NCBI GenBank assembly: GCA_963722405.1
Contig: CAVRMO010000004.1
Location: 12,510 to 76,509 of the forward strand
Reading direction: 5' to 3'
Origin: an uncultured Acidobacteriaceae bacterium
GTDB taxonomy: Bacteria; Acidobacteriota; Terriglobia; Terriglobales; Acidobacteriaceae
Length of the DNA stretch: 64,000 bases
In this document: positions 9,164 to 18,401 of the stretch, one piece after another
How positions within the stretch are numbered: the first letter of the stretch is position 1
Layout: every line of letters starts with the position of its first letter
Notes under the pieces: model-generated
Told to the model about the DNA's origin: nothing
What the model saw: the letters and a program-made list of their open reading frames with translations, nothing else
The model's database searches: none
Position numbers and translations under genes: made by a program

Positions 9164-9469
9164 ATGGTAGCCCATTGCGCGAACCCATCATGCAATCGCG
9201 AGTTTCGAGAACTTAGCAAGGGACGGCTGTTTGCGCTTCCGCCGACTCGTTTTGAGAGCCCAGCGACATGGCGAGAAATGAAGCTGTCAGACTACTGCTA
9301 TTGGCTCTGCCCGGAGTGCGAGGCAACTCACACAATCACGCGAGACGAGTCCGAAGTCGTCGTCAGCAAACGAGCCCCGACTTCGCTAGGATCATCTGCA
9401 CCAGCCGTACTGCGTCGGCCAGTCAGACGGGCGCAGATTGGATTTCGGAGTTACACGGAAACAGCGTGA
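9164..9469 (+). CDS. Cys-rich hypothetical protein (CANPSC...GRLF ... CPEC)
   Basis: MVAHCANPSCNREFRELSKGRLFALPP...YCYWLCPECEATH suggests a zinc-ribbon-like pairing. A weak SD (TGGAG) lies 7 nt upstream. Confidence 0.4.
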   Translation: MVAHCANPSCNREFRELSKGRLFALPPTRFESPATWREMKLSDYCYWLCPECEATHTITRDESEVVVSKRAPTSLGSSAPAVLRRPVRRAQIGFRSYTETA

Positions 9470-9736
9470 CCCCAGCCTCCAGTTTCTCAATCCGCCATTG
9501 GAGCCCGAGGAACGTCAACTGGCGGCGATTGAGGGTTGGATATTAAGGGTGCTCTGAGAACGTCTGGGTACCTGTAGGCGAGGGCGCGAACCGCCAGACG
9601 GGGAGTCGTCACGCCGAATAGCGATCCGAAGCTTCAACCCGATGACTAACCCGATGAAACCCTGTCTTACACGTACTTGCAAGTAGTTAGCAGCCCCCGC
9701 GAGCCTATGTAAGTTGTTGAAAGTAAAAGTTATTAT

Positions 9737-9786
9737 ATCTTCACACGGTGGAAGTCACAGGTTCGAATCCTGTAGAGCGCCCACCA
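9737..9786 (+). repeat. Partial copy of the tRNA-Val 3' half (att-like direct repeat of 7167-7214)
   Basis: ATCTTCACACGGTGGAAGTCACAGGTTCGAATCCTGTAG[AG]CGCCCACCA is identical to 7167-7214 except for a 2-bp insertion. A diverged copy of the tRNA terminator hairpin follows at 9803-9830. Confidence 0.85.
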
Positions 9787-10202
9787 CGTCTCGGCTTACC
9801 ACGCAGCCACTTACAGGTGGCTGTTGTTCGTCAACACCGCGCAAAGCAGAGCCGAATCGTTTAGCCATGGCATTCATATCACGGATGCGCCCGGGGCTTA
9901 CCAAGAATTCGACCAACGTGCCGACGGGTATACCAAGGTGCTCATCAAGTTTGGACAAGAGGCTGCGTAGTTATGGAGGCCGCGTCTAAGTAACAGGATC
10001 GACAGGAACCGAACGAATGACTTTCCGTCAGACGACGCCACGGTATACGACGCATGAATGTCCAGCTGCGCTGCTCGCCCAAGTAGAGTCGGGCACCTTA
10101 TTGAGGATTCACGAGTTTGGACGCACCTTCGGAGACCGTCGCGTTTAGGGCCAAGGCTGCCAGTCCGTCCACGGTCCGCTCTGTTTGCCTTGGAGATACG
10201 GA

Positions 10203-10571
10203 TTACGCATGTGTTTCTTCGATGTTCCCGATTGTCGCGACCAAGTCCGAATCGAGGCGATTTTTGTCGATGCAGGCTTGAGCACCAACATCGACCACGC
10301 GGGCCGATAGGTAGGTCGGGTCATGTTGGCTCATAATTACAACTTTAATTTGAGGCAGCTCTCGCCGCAGAAGACGTGCGGTCTCCAACCCACCTGGATC
10401 TGGCATGCTGACGTCGAGCAGAACGAGATCTGGCAATAGCCTGTGAGCCATGCGCAGCGCCTCCATGCCATCCGCAGCTTCTCCGCACACTTCGAAGTTC
10501 GACTGCGACGAAAGGATTCGCCGGACGCCCTGCCGCACCAAGTGATTGTCATCTGCAATGAGGATTCGCAT
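10203..10571 (-). CDS. Stand-alone response-regulator receiver protein (NarL-like REC, no output domain)
   Basis: MRILIADDNHLVRQGVRRIL...DLVLLDVSMPDPGG...VVIMSQHD. The start was taken at the internal ATG that gives a canonical REC N-terminus. Confidence 0.85.
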   Translation of the reverse strand: MRILIADDNHLVRQGVRRILSSQSNFEVCGEAADGMEALRMAHRLLPDLVLLDVSMPDPGGLETARLLRRELPQIKVVIMSQHDPTYLSARVVDVGAQACIDKNRLDSDLVATIGNIEETHA

Positions 10572-10602
10572 AGTCGTCGATCTGCTTCGCATTCAGGCGA
10601 AC

Positions 10603-13395
10603 CTATTCGAACGTCGGAGCTGGCTGCAAATCCTCCGTTCCTGATCGCGTGTTCTTGGCAAGAGGAATAGTGATCGCGATCAACGTACCACTCCCTTCGG
10701 AATTGAGACGCATCTCTCCACCAAGCTGCAAGACACGTTCGCGCATTCCCCGAATTCCTACACCTCCTCCTTTCGCCTGAAGCTGGGCCAACTTGTCGGG
10801 CGATATACCCTTGCCCTGATCCTGAACCTCAAGGGAAATCTTCTGGTCGGCGCGCACGATACGGATGGTTGCGACTTTGCTCCCGGAATGCCGATGAACG
10901 TTCGTTAAACACTCTTGGACGATACGAAAAACCGACAATTCCAGTTCGTGGGAGAACCTTCCCAGGTCTTCCGGAATCACTAGACTGATATTCAAGCCAC
11001 TTCGTTCTTCAAGTCCCCGTATGTACCAGTGAAGCGCTTCGCCGATGCCACTGTCGTCGAGCAGTGGGGGATGCAACAGATAAGACATTGTCCGTATCTC
11101 CTGGCTCAATTCGAGAACCAACTGCTTTCCTTCCTCAGCGTCCTGTGCGAGGTCAGGGCTGATGTTGCGCGCCTGTTGAGCCAGCTGGGCGAGATTCATC
11201 CCCAGCGCCGTCAGGGTTTGGCCAGCGCTGTCGTGCAGCTCGCGCGCAATGTGCCGCCGTTCGTCGTCCTGGGCTTGCATGAGACGTCTCGACAACTCGC
11301 GAAGCAGCTCGGACTGCCTTACCACTTCGACATTGCGGAGCTCCAGTTCCCGAGTTCGGGCCTGCACTTCGGCATCCAGCGTTTCTACCAGGGTGCGGTA
11401 GTTTTCCTCGGCATGCTTGAGGTCAGTGATGTCGATCCCGGTGGGATGGAGGAAAATGATCTGGCCCTGGTGATCGCGTATCGGATGTAGCGCGAAGTCG
11501 ACCAGGCGCTCAGTTCCATCGGCCCAATGGTAAGGTAAGTTCTCACGGTACGGAACGCCCAATGCGGCCTGCTCGGTTGCAGCTCGAATCTTATCTTGCA
11601 CGTCCTTCGAACCCCGCCACCACCCCGTGTCCCAGAAAGAACGCCCCAACACCTCTTCGGCCCGGTAACCGCACGCATCCAAACACAATCGGTTCGCGTC
11701 AATGACCTTCCCGTCCGTGGTCATGATTCCGGCGAATACAGGGGTCTCATCGAACACCCCCCGGAACTTTGCGGTGGCGGCAAGGGCTTCGGCAGTCATT
11801 TGCCATTCCCGTTCCTCGATCTGCTTACGCTCGGTGATGTCCAGGGTCACTCCATCAAAGCGCTTCGGCTGGCCGGCTTCGTCATAAAAAGTTCTGCCTA
11901 TCGCTCGAATCCACTTTTCCCGTCCATCGGGCGCCACGGTGCGATATTCAATGTTGTAAGGAGTGTCGTTTGCATTGGAATCGGCGATGCTCTGTCGAGT
12001 GCGTTCGCGGTCGTCCGGATGAATCCTCTCGTAGAATGTGTCAATCGTCACCTCCGCTTCCGGTGGCAGCCAGAAATGCTCTTTGACACGGTTGTCCCAA
12101 ATCAACTTGTCAAACGGCAGGTCGCAGAACCAGAATCCGACTTGCGACGCTTCCGCGACCATGTCAAATCGCTCGCGATGCTGCCGCAACGTTTCCTCGT
12201 TTTGAATGCGCCGCGAGATGTCCAGCACGGTTCCCAGGATCCGCCAAGGGGAGCCGTCTGCTCGACGTTCCAGTTGGCCCGTAAACTCCACCCATCCGGT
12301 CGATCGGTCCTTGCGTTTGATCCTGCCTTGGAAGAAGAAACGTGCGCCAGTCTCCAACGTGAGTGACAGGGCGCGTTCGAATTCTTCCGCGTCGTTTGGG
12401 TACAGGATATCGGCCCTGAATTCCTCTGCGCTGATGGGGCCTTCCTCGCGCGTGCGGCCAAATATCTCGTAGGGGCGATCGTTCTCCCACGTGGCCCGGC
12501 CGTCGTCTATGTACCAGTGCCAGATGCCAAGTTCTGCTGCTTCGCCGGCCAGCCGTAGCCGCCGCTCGGACTCGGCAATCGTTTCCCGGGCATGTATTGT
12601 TCGCGAGATGTCCCGGAAATAGCACACCAGTCCAGACCGACCCTCAGGCAAAGGTATGAGATTGACCTGGTATTCATAGAACTCAACGACACCGCGGCCC
12701 AATCGCTCCTCTCTGTGCTCGGCGACGAGGTACGGTAGCCCGGTCTCCAGGGTGTGCCGGAAGTGGCGGGTGATGTAATCGGCGTACGCCGTCGGCCACA
12801 AGATGCGGATTAACTCGCCGACGTCCCGGCCTATCAGCTCCGAAACTTCTCCAAACGCTTCGCGTGCAGTGGGATTGACCTGCAGAAGACGGAGATCGGC
12901 ATCAACCACGAAGACCCCCAGCGGAGCTTCGTCGACCAGGGTCTCGAATTGCTCCGTCCGTCGCCGCAGGGCATCTTCGCTCTGTTTGCGCACTCGCGAC
13001 AGTTCCAGGTGGGTTTGCACTCGTGCCAGCATTTCGCGCGCGCTGAAGGGTTTAATCAGGTAGTCGTCAGCGCCCTGTTCGATTCCTTCCACCCGCGCTT
13101 CCTCGCCGGCCCGCGCCGAAAGCAGGATAATGGGAATCGTCCGGGTGGCGGCGTCGGAGCGCAACTCCCGTAGTAGCCCGAAGCCGTCGAGGTTTGGCAT
13201 CATCACATCGGTCAGCACAAGGTCTGGGCGCCGCTCCCGTACTGCTTCCAACGCAGCTTGTCCGTCGGGAACGGATTGCACTTCATATCGTTCCGCCAGC
13301 AATCTCACCAGGTATTGGCGCATGTCCGCGTTATCATCGGCCACGAGAATTCGCGCCCGCGATTCGGATCCTCCTTCGACGGACGATCCCGGCAC
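10603..13395 (-). CDS. Hybrid sensor histidine kinase: REC - multiple PAS/PAC - HisKA_3 - HATPase_c
   Basis: REC: ARILVADDNADMRQYL..DLVLTDVMMPNLDG..KPF. Repeated PAS-like modules follow. The H-box RRHIARELHDSAGQTLTAL is NarX/DesK type. ATPase boxes are QECLTNVHRHS, DQGKGI and GVGIRGMRERV. Confidence 0.9.
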   Translation of the reverse strand: MPGSSVEGGSESRARILVADDNADMRQYLVRLLAERYEVQSVPDGQAALEAVRERRPDLVLTDVMMPNLDGFGLLRELRSDAATRTIPIILLSARAGEEARVEGIEQGADDYLIKPFSAREMLARVQTHLELSRVRKQSEDALRRRTEQFETLVDEAPLGVFVVDADLRLLQVNPTAREAFGEVSELIGRDVGELIRILWPTAYADYITRHFRHTLETGLPYLVAEHREERLGRGVVEFYEYQVNLIPLPEGRSGLVCYFRDISRTIHARETIAESERRLRLAGEAAELGIWHWYIDDGRATWENDRPYEIFGRTREEGPISAEEFRADILYPNDAEEFERALSLTLETGARFFFQGRIKRKDRSTGWVEFTGQLERRADGSPWRILGTVLDISRRIQNEETLRQHRERFDMVAEASQVGFWFCDLPFDKLIWDNRVKEHFWLPPEAEVTIDTFYERIHPDDRERTRQSIADSNANDTPYNIEYRTVAPDGREKWIRAIGRTFYDEAGQPKRFDGVTLDITERKQIEEREWQMTAEALAATAKFRGVFDETPVFAGIMTTDGKVIDANRLCLDACGYRAEEVLGRSFWDTGWWRGSKDVQDKIRAATEQAALGVPYRENLPYHWADGTERLVDFALHPIRDHQGQIIFLHPTGIDITDLKHAEENYRTLVETLDAEVQARTRELELRNVEVVRQSELLRELSRRLMQAQDDERRHIARELHDSAGQTLTALGMNLAQLAQQARNISPDLAQDAEEGKQLVLELSQEIRTMSYLLHPPLLDDSGIGEALHWYIRGLEERSGLNISLVIPEDLGRFSHELELSVFRIVQECLTNVHRHSGSKVATIRIVRADQKISLEVQDQGKGISPDKLAQLQAKGGGVGIRGMRERVLQLGGEMRLNSEGSGTLIAITIPLAKNTRSGTEDLQPAPTFE

Positions 13396-15688
13396 ATAGG
13401 GAACAGGGAGTACGCTCCGGCACTGTAAGAATCTCGTCTGTCGCTTGGGTTTGGCCCGCGTCGGGCAGCCAGCGCAGCGCTTCCTCCACGTATGGAGCGG
13501 CCCCGACCGCGGTGGATGCCAGCGTGCGGGTTCCGCAAATCGCGTCTGCCGGAAGGTGGGCCTTACCTCGGGGCAGGCTCACCAGGAACGTGCTCCCTTT
13601 TCCGAGCACGCTTTCGACGCGAACGAATCCTCCATGGAGCTTGACCAGTTCTTGTACCAGGGCCAGTCCGATCCCACTTCCTTCGTGAGTGCGGCTGCGC
13701 GAGTTCTCGATCCGATGGAAGCGATCGAATAGTCTGGGTAGTTCCTCTGCCGGAATCCCGACGCCAGTGTCACGCACTCGCAGTTCGACACTGTCCCCAG
13801 CATCCCTCAGGGAAACCGCAATGCTCCCTTCAAAGGTGAACTTAAATGCGTTCGAAATCAGGTTAAGTACGATCTTTTCCCACATGCCGCGATCCACAAA
13901 AATTTGTTCTGCAATCGGCGGGCAATCCAACACTAACTTCAATCCTGCCCGTTCCGTTGCCGAGCGGAATACACTCGCAAGTTCCAGGGTGAAACGCGCA
14001 AGGTCGGTGGACGCGTAGATCGCCTGCATGCGCCCAGCTTCCAGACGGGAAAAATCCAGCAGAGTATTCACCAATCGCAGCAGCCGCGAACCGTTTCGGT
14101 TTACCAGCTCCAACTGGAACTTGGCGGCTGGAGAGAGGTCTGTGTGGCTTCGCGACAGCAAATCCTCCACGGGGCCCAGCATCAGGGTCAAGGGAGTGCG
14201 GAATTCGTGGCTGACGTTGCTGAAGAATGCGGTCTTGGCGCGATCAATTTCCGCCAATGCCGCGAGTCGTCTCCTCTCTTCTTCGGCGGCCCGCACATTC
14301 AGGATGGCCGTCGCGATCTGCCCGGCCGCTAATTCGTAGAACGTGCGATATTCGGAATCGAGTTTGCGGGCAGGATTGACGCCCGCTACCAGCACCCCAA
14401 CCATCCCACCTTCTCCACGCGAGGTGATTGGCAGTGCCAAGGCCTGAGAGAGCCGCTGCTGCGCCACTCCCAGAGGAAGTCCCTCAACGTCGCCGACAGC
14501 GACAACTTGCGATTGAGCTGAGTTCACCACCTCAGTCACAGGCCATAAACAACACTGCTGATTTTGAGGAGCTAGCTCAACCGAATCCGGCGAGAGAGCC
14601 TCAATTCCCTTGGGGACTCCGCAACTTTGCTCCAGGCGAGCTACCCGTCCTTCACTGTCGATGAGGTAAAGCAGGGCGAATGGTATGTCGTCTGGATTCT
14701 TTTCCAGGGCAGCAACCACTGACGCGCAGGCAGCCTCAACGGTCTTTTGAACAAGGGAATTGGCCGACAGTTCGGCGAGCGTGCCCAGCCTCCGCGCGTT
14801 GACGGCTTTCGCTGTCACCTCAGTGGAGGGGCAAAACAATCCTGCTACAGCTCCGGATTCGTCGCGAATTGGGCTGTACGAAAACGAGTAAAACGTCTCT
14901 TCAATGTAATCGCCGCGGTTCATCAAGAGCCGCACGTCATCCACGAAAGATGCTTCGCCTTTTTCGTAGACGTTCTCGAGCAGAGGCCCAATGATGTCCC
15001 AAATCTCGGGCCAAACTTCCGCCGTGCGTTTGCCCAGGGCCCACGGATGTTTCGCCATGCTCAAGACACGAATGTAGGCGTCGTTGTAAAGAAAAACGGC
15101 ATCCGGTCCCCATCCCACCCACATCGGGTGTCGAGCATTGAGAATAAGGTTTACGGAAGTCTTCAGGCTTTGCGGCCACCTTTCGATGGGTCCAAGTGAA
15201 GTCTGCGACCAATCATGTTCCCGAATCAGTTGTCCCAGCGCTCCGCCACCATCGAGCCAGTCGAGCTTGGATTTTTCACTTGCGATGCCTTCCCGGCACG
15301 CTGCGGCTTCACCGTTTCGAGTTCCAAATAGTCGATCCAGAGTTGGCAGTAGTTCGTCCGCCAGGTCTTTTTTGGCGACGCAGGCAGCCGCATCCACTTC
15401 CCCGGCTTGTCGACGGACAACATCAGGATCGTTTTGGCTGACGATGATAATTTTGGATTCAGGCACTTCTCGTCGAAGGATTCGAGTCGCATCGAGTCCG
15501 TTCATCCGCGGCATCGATAGATCCATCAGGACGACATTCGGGCGCAGTGTCTTCGCTTTTTCGACGGCTTCCAGTCCGTCGGCAGCTTCACCGCATACCG
15601 CCCAAGCGGGGCGGGTTGACAGCAGCGAGCGCAACCCTCGCCGAATCGTCTCCTGGTCATCAACGACAAGTATGCGCACTGAATTCAT
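13334..15688 (-). CDS. Sensor histidine kinase: REC - PAS-like - GAF-like - HisKA - HATPase_c
   Basis: REC: VRILVVDDQETIRRGL..VVLMDLSMPRMNG. H-box: FFSNVSHEFRTPLTLM. ATPase boxes: NLISNAFKFT, DTGVGI, GSGIGLALV. The ORF is open to 15796, but I chose ATG 15688 (MNSVRILVVDD). Confidence 0.85.
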   Translation of the reverse strand: MNSVRILVVDDQETIRRGLRSLLSTRPAWAVCGEAADGLEAVEKAKTLRPNVVLMDLSMPRMNGLDATRILRREVPESKIIIVSQNDPDVVRRQAGEVDAAACVAKKDLADELLPTLDRLFGTRNGEAAACREGIASEKSKLDWLDGGGALGQLIREHDWSQTSLGPIERWPQSLKTSVNLILNARHPMWVGWGPDAVFLYNDAYIRVLSMAKHPWALGKRTAEVWPEIWDIIGPLLENVYEKGEASFVDDVRLLMNRGDYIEETFYSFSYSPIRDESGAVAGLFCPSTEVTAKAVNARRLGTLAELSANSLVQKTVEAACASVVAALEKNPDDIPFALLYLIDSEGRVARLEQSCGVPKGIEALSPDSVELAPQNQQCCLWPVTEVVNSAQSQVVAVGDVEGLPLGVAQQRLSQALALPITSRGEGGMVGVLVAGVNPARKLDSEYRTFYELAAGQIATAILNVRAAEEERRRLAALAEIDRAKTAFFSNVSHEFRTPLTLMLGPVEDLLSRSHTDLSPAAKFQLELVNRNGSRLLRLVNTLLDFSRLEAGRMQAIYASTDLARFTLELASVFRSATERAGLKLVLDCPPIAEQIFVDRGMWEKIVLNLISNAFKFTFEGSIAVSLRDAGDSVELRVRDTGVGIPAEELPRLFDRFHRIENSRSRTHEGSGIGLALVQELVKLHGGFVRVESVLGKGSTFLVSLPRGKAHLPADAICGTRTLASTAVGAAPYVEEALRWLPDAGQTQATDEILTVPERTPCSLCAGIVRRRRIRIAGANSRGR

Positions 15689-15848
15689 TGACCTCGTTCT
15701 CCCCCAGTGATTCCTTAAGGTGGGGTGGCGTTTAGCGTCAGCCCGTTTGTTTGCAGGGTTCTCCATCCCGGTTTCAGTTTGACGGCATTTTTGCAAATTT
15801 TCGCAGGCCCTTGACTTTGCTCTGTTCTGACACTAATATCAGTGTCAT

Positions 15849-16184
15849 ATGAAACCGCCCCACGAACCCGACCTGGAATTGCGCGGCAAACTCATCCGCA
15901 GCCTCGGTGCTCTCCGCGAAATGCTGCCCGGCTCTTTTGTCGAACGCAAACGTGCCTGCGGCCGGCCCAACTGTCATTGTGCCGACGGCAAACACCTGCA
16001 CTCGCAATATCAGATCTCCGTACTGATTGACGGCAAGCCGAAAGCTCTCAACATTCCGGCGGAGTTCGTGGATGAGGTGCGCGAGAAAATCGAGATGCGC
16101 CGCCGCTTTGATGCCGCCGCCGCGACTATCTGCCGCGTAAATCTCAAGCGGTTTCTCCAAGAAAAGGAAGAGCGCCAAGTTTGA
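15849..16184 (+). CDS. IS accessory protein (orfA) with zinc-knuckle motif
   Basis: PGSFVERKRACGRPNCHCADGKHLHSQYQISV is a motif type I associate with small ORFs preceding some DDE transposases. The stop overlaps the transposase start. Confidence 0.7.
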   Translation: MKPPHEPDLELRGKLIRSLGALREMLPGSFVERKRACGRPNCHCADGKHLHSQYQISVLIDGKPKALNIPAEFVDEVREKIEMRRRFDAAAATICRVNLKRFLQEKEERQV

Positions 16185-17434
16185 CCCGACACCGGTTCGA
16201 GGCGTATCTCGACAAGGTGTTTAGCTTCTCGGATTTGGTGAGCGCTCTGCCCGAGGGACGGCAGTTTCCCCAGCACTCTTGGAAAAAGGTGTTTGACGCC
16301 GTCTTCTTGGGTGCCGCAATGCAGATTCCCAGCCTGCTGCAGATCGAGGCCGAGTGTCATCATGGGGCGCTGGCCCAGCGCATCGGACCGGTCAGCGACG
16401 ACACCCTCGGCTACTCGCTGGAACGACAATCTCCCGAACCCGTGTTCGCGCTCAGTTGTGAAATTGCACGCCGCCTTAAACGCAACGGCGTTCTACGCTC
16501 CGATTGGTCCCGAGGGCTGGTGGTGGCAGCGGTGGATGGCATTGAAATCTGCAGTTCGTTTGCCCGCTGTTGCCAGGCCTGTATGGAGCGAGAGATTCAA
16601 CACAAGGTGAACGGCGAGCTGAAAACTGATATTCAGTATTATCACCGCATCGTTGTCATAGTCTTGGTCAGCACCTCTTTCCCCATCCCCTTGGGGGTTC
16701 GCTTTCAGAAGAACGGCGAAGCCGAGGTCTCCTGCGCCCTGGCTCTACTGCAAGATCTGGTTGGGCAGTTGGGCCGCCGCTTCCTGGATGTGTTGGTGGG
16801 GGACGCTTTGTATTTGCAAGCGCCCTTCGTCAAGGAAGTGGAACGTCTGGGTCTGGTTTGGGCCTTCACCTTGAAAGAGAACCAGCCCGAGTTATTGCGC
16901 GAGGCGGAGCGTTGTACCCAGGATTCTCCCACCGGCATTCAGGCGGACCCGGGCCGGGAGATTCAATACTGGCACTTGCCGGAGGTCGATTGGCCGGTCG
17001 CCGATCGCCTAGTGCGGGTCGTCAAAACGGTTCGCACCGAACAGCAGCGCCGCGTCACCCTCCGCGAAAAAGACGCTCCTAAAACCAAAGGCAAGACGGC
17101 GATAGCCCAACCCAGCACCAACTTCTACGCCACCAATTTCGAACTGGGCTCGATCTCGCCGCTGTTCATTCATCAGTTCAGTCGCAGCCGTTGGCGAATC
17201 GATACCGAAGTCTTTCAGACCATCACTACCGACTGTCACCTCAAACACCCCGCTGTCCACCAAACCACAGCCTTGGTGGTGCTGACCATGATCCGGTTTC
17301 TTGCCTATACCCTGTCCCTGGTCTTCTACCACCGCCAAGTCCGTAGCCATGCCCGCCGAAAATGCGAGACCTTTCATGAGCTCGCCAAGCGCCTAGCCTA
17401 CTGGTTCGTCGCTCTTTCGCCCAATACCAGTTGA
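16181..17434 (+). CDS. DDE transposase (IS4-superfamily-like)
   Basis: The candidate catalytic triad is VAAVDGIEI, VLVGDALYLQ and RWRIDTEVFQTITTDCHLKH (YREK-like). A Cys-rich insert is present (CSSFARCCQACMERE). TTG start. Confidence 0.85.
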   Translation: MTRHRFEAYLDKVFSFSDLVSALPEGRQFPQHSWKKVFDAVFLGAAMQIPSLLQIEAECHHGALAQRIGPVSDDTLGYSLERQSPEPVFALSCEIARRLKRNGVLRSDWSRGLVVAAVDGIEICSSFARCCQACMEREIQHKVNGELKTDIQYYHRIVVIVLVSTSFPIPLGVRFQKNGEAEVSCALALLQDLVGQLGRRFLDVLVGDALYLQAPFVKEVERLGLVWAFTLKENQPELLREAERCTQDSPTGIQADPGREIQYWHLPEVDWPVADRLVRVVKTVRTEQQRRVTLREKDAPKTKGKTAIAQPSTNFYATNFELGSISPLFIHQFSRSRWRIDTEVFQTITTDCHLKHPAVHQTTALVVLTMIRFLAYTLSLVFYHRQVRSHARRKCETFHELAKRLAYWFVALSPNTS

Positions 17435-18401
17435 TCAGGCCGCGCGTGTCCTTCGACCTGTCCGGCAATCTTTTTCGGTGTCCCCTCTGACGCTCTGGTC
17501 GCCCTATTTTCTCCAACCCGAAAAATCAAATGCGCCCTCCAGTTTCCTAACGATTTCTCCCGTCCCGCGAGCATTCCAACTTGTCCCAGATTCCTGGTCT
17601 GCCCTAACTGATGTCAAATCAATGCCTACCCGATCGGCGCGTGACGCTTTACGGAATCGCTGCGTTCTCCCCGGACCCGATATCGCCGCACTAATCGTGC
17701 AAGATATACTACCGATGTTTTGTCAGAATAAGGAGAGAATTTCGGCTAGTTCCGGGCTACAGCATTCACCGTATTTACTTTTATTCCAGTCCGATAGATG
17801 GGCTTGCCGGCTAATCCCGAGCCGCTAGGACGAAGTTCGGGCTCGCGTGAGTCGGCGACCTGTCGACAATAGCCAGAGAGACCTTCTGCAGAAAATGACC
17901 GCTGATCATGGATGCGTTCAAAGAGACGACGTAGCCTGAAATGGGCTTCTGAGAAATTACTACCGGTTAGTCCTGATATAGGTAGTAATCCGGCTCGAGG
18001 CCTCGTGATGAGATGACGTCTGCGGAGAACTTCGCATTTGCGATCAAGAATCAGATATCTGAACGTTTGTTCGCAGTCCCCGGGCCTCGCGTACGTCTAG
18101 CAATATCCACCTAGGTTGGCTGACGGGCCACCTCGTAGTGCAAAACCCTTTTCGCAGGCCTGTGTCCGACGATAGCGCCCGTGCTCTCGAACTACGATAA
18201 AGGCCAATACGGTAAACACTGTATGGTGACCCATCCGCTTTACATGATAAATCCATGTTCTTGTGTCCTTCTGGCCCCAATCAGCTCAGCTCGTTTATCC
18301 AACTGACGTAACCCGGACAATCGGCGGCCAGACCATCCGCCCCTTCCTTCACGGCAAGAAACTGTATCAACTCCGGTCTCGGCAGTACGCGGGAGATAGG
18401 C

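Larger units (their letters stand above)
15781..17539 (+). mobile_element. Two-ORF DDE insertion sequence (IS4-superfamily-like), about 1.76 kb
   Basis: Imperfect terminal inverted repeats are present: GACGGCATTTTTGCAAATTTTCG at 15781, and GAGGGCGCATTTGATTTTTCG as the reverse complement ending at 17539. They are flanked by a 6-bp direct repeat CAGTTT (15775-15780 and 17540-17545). orfA and orfB overlap in TTGA. Confidence 0.6.

Noticed and set aside
8737-9219. Mutually antisense ORFs 8737-9219 (-) and 8750-9139 (+) in the islet.
   Set aside because: Neither has a convincing start signal, composition or motif. Only the last 49 codons of the plus frame (8990-9139) look like a possible small membrane peptide.
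13334-13395. A 62-nt overlap between the two minus-strand kinase ORFs.
   Set aside because: It is probably an artefact of taking the longest ORF for the downstream gene. A later start just before ARILVADD would remove most of the overlap. I did not treat it as a programmed feature.
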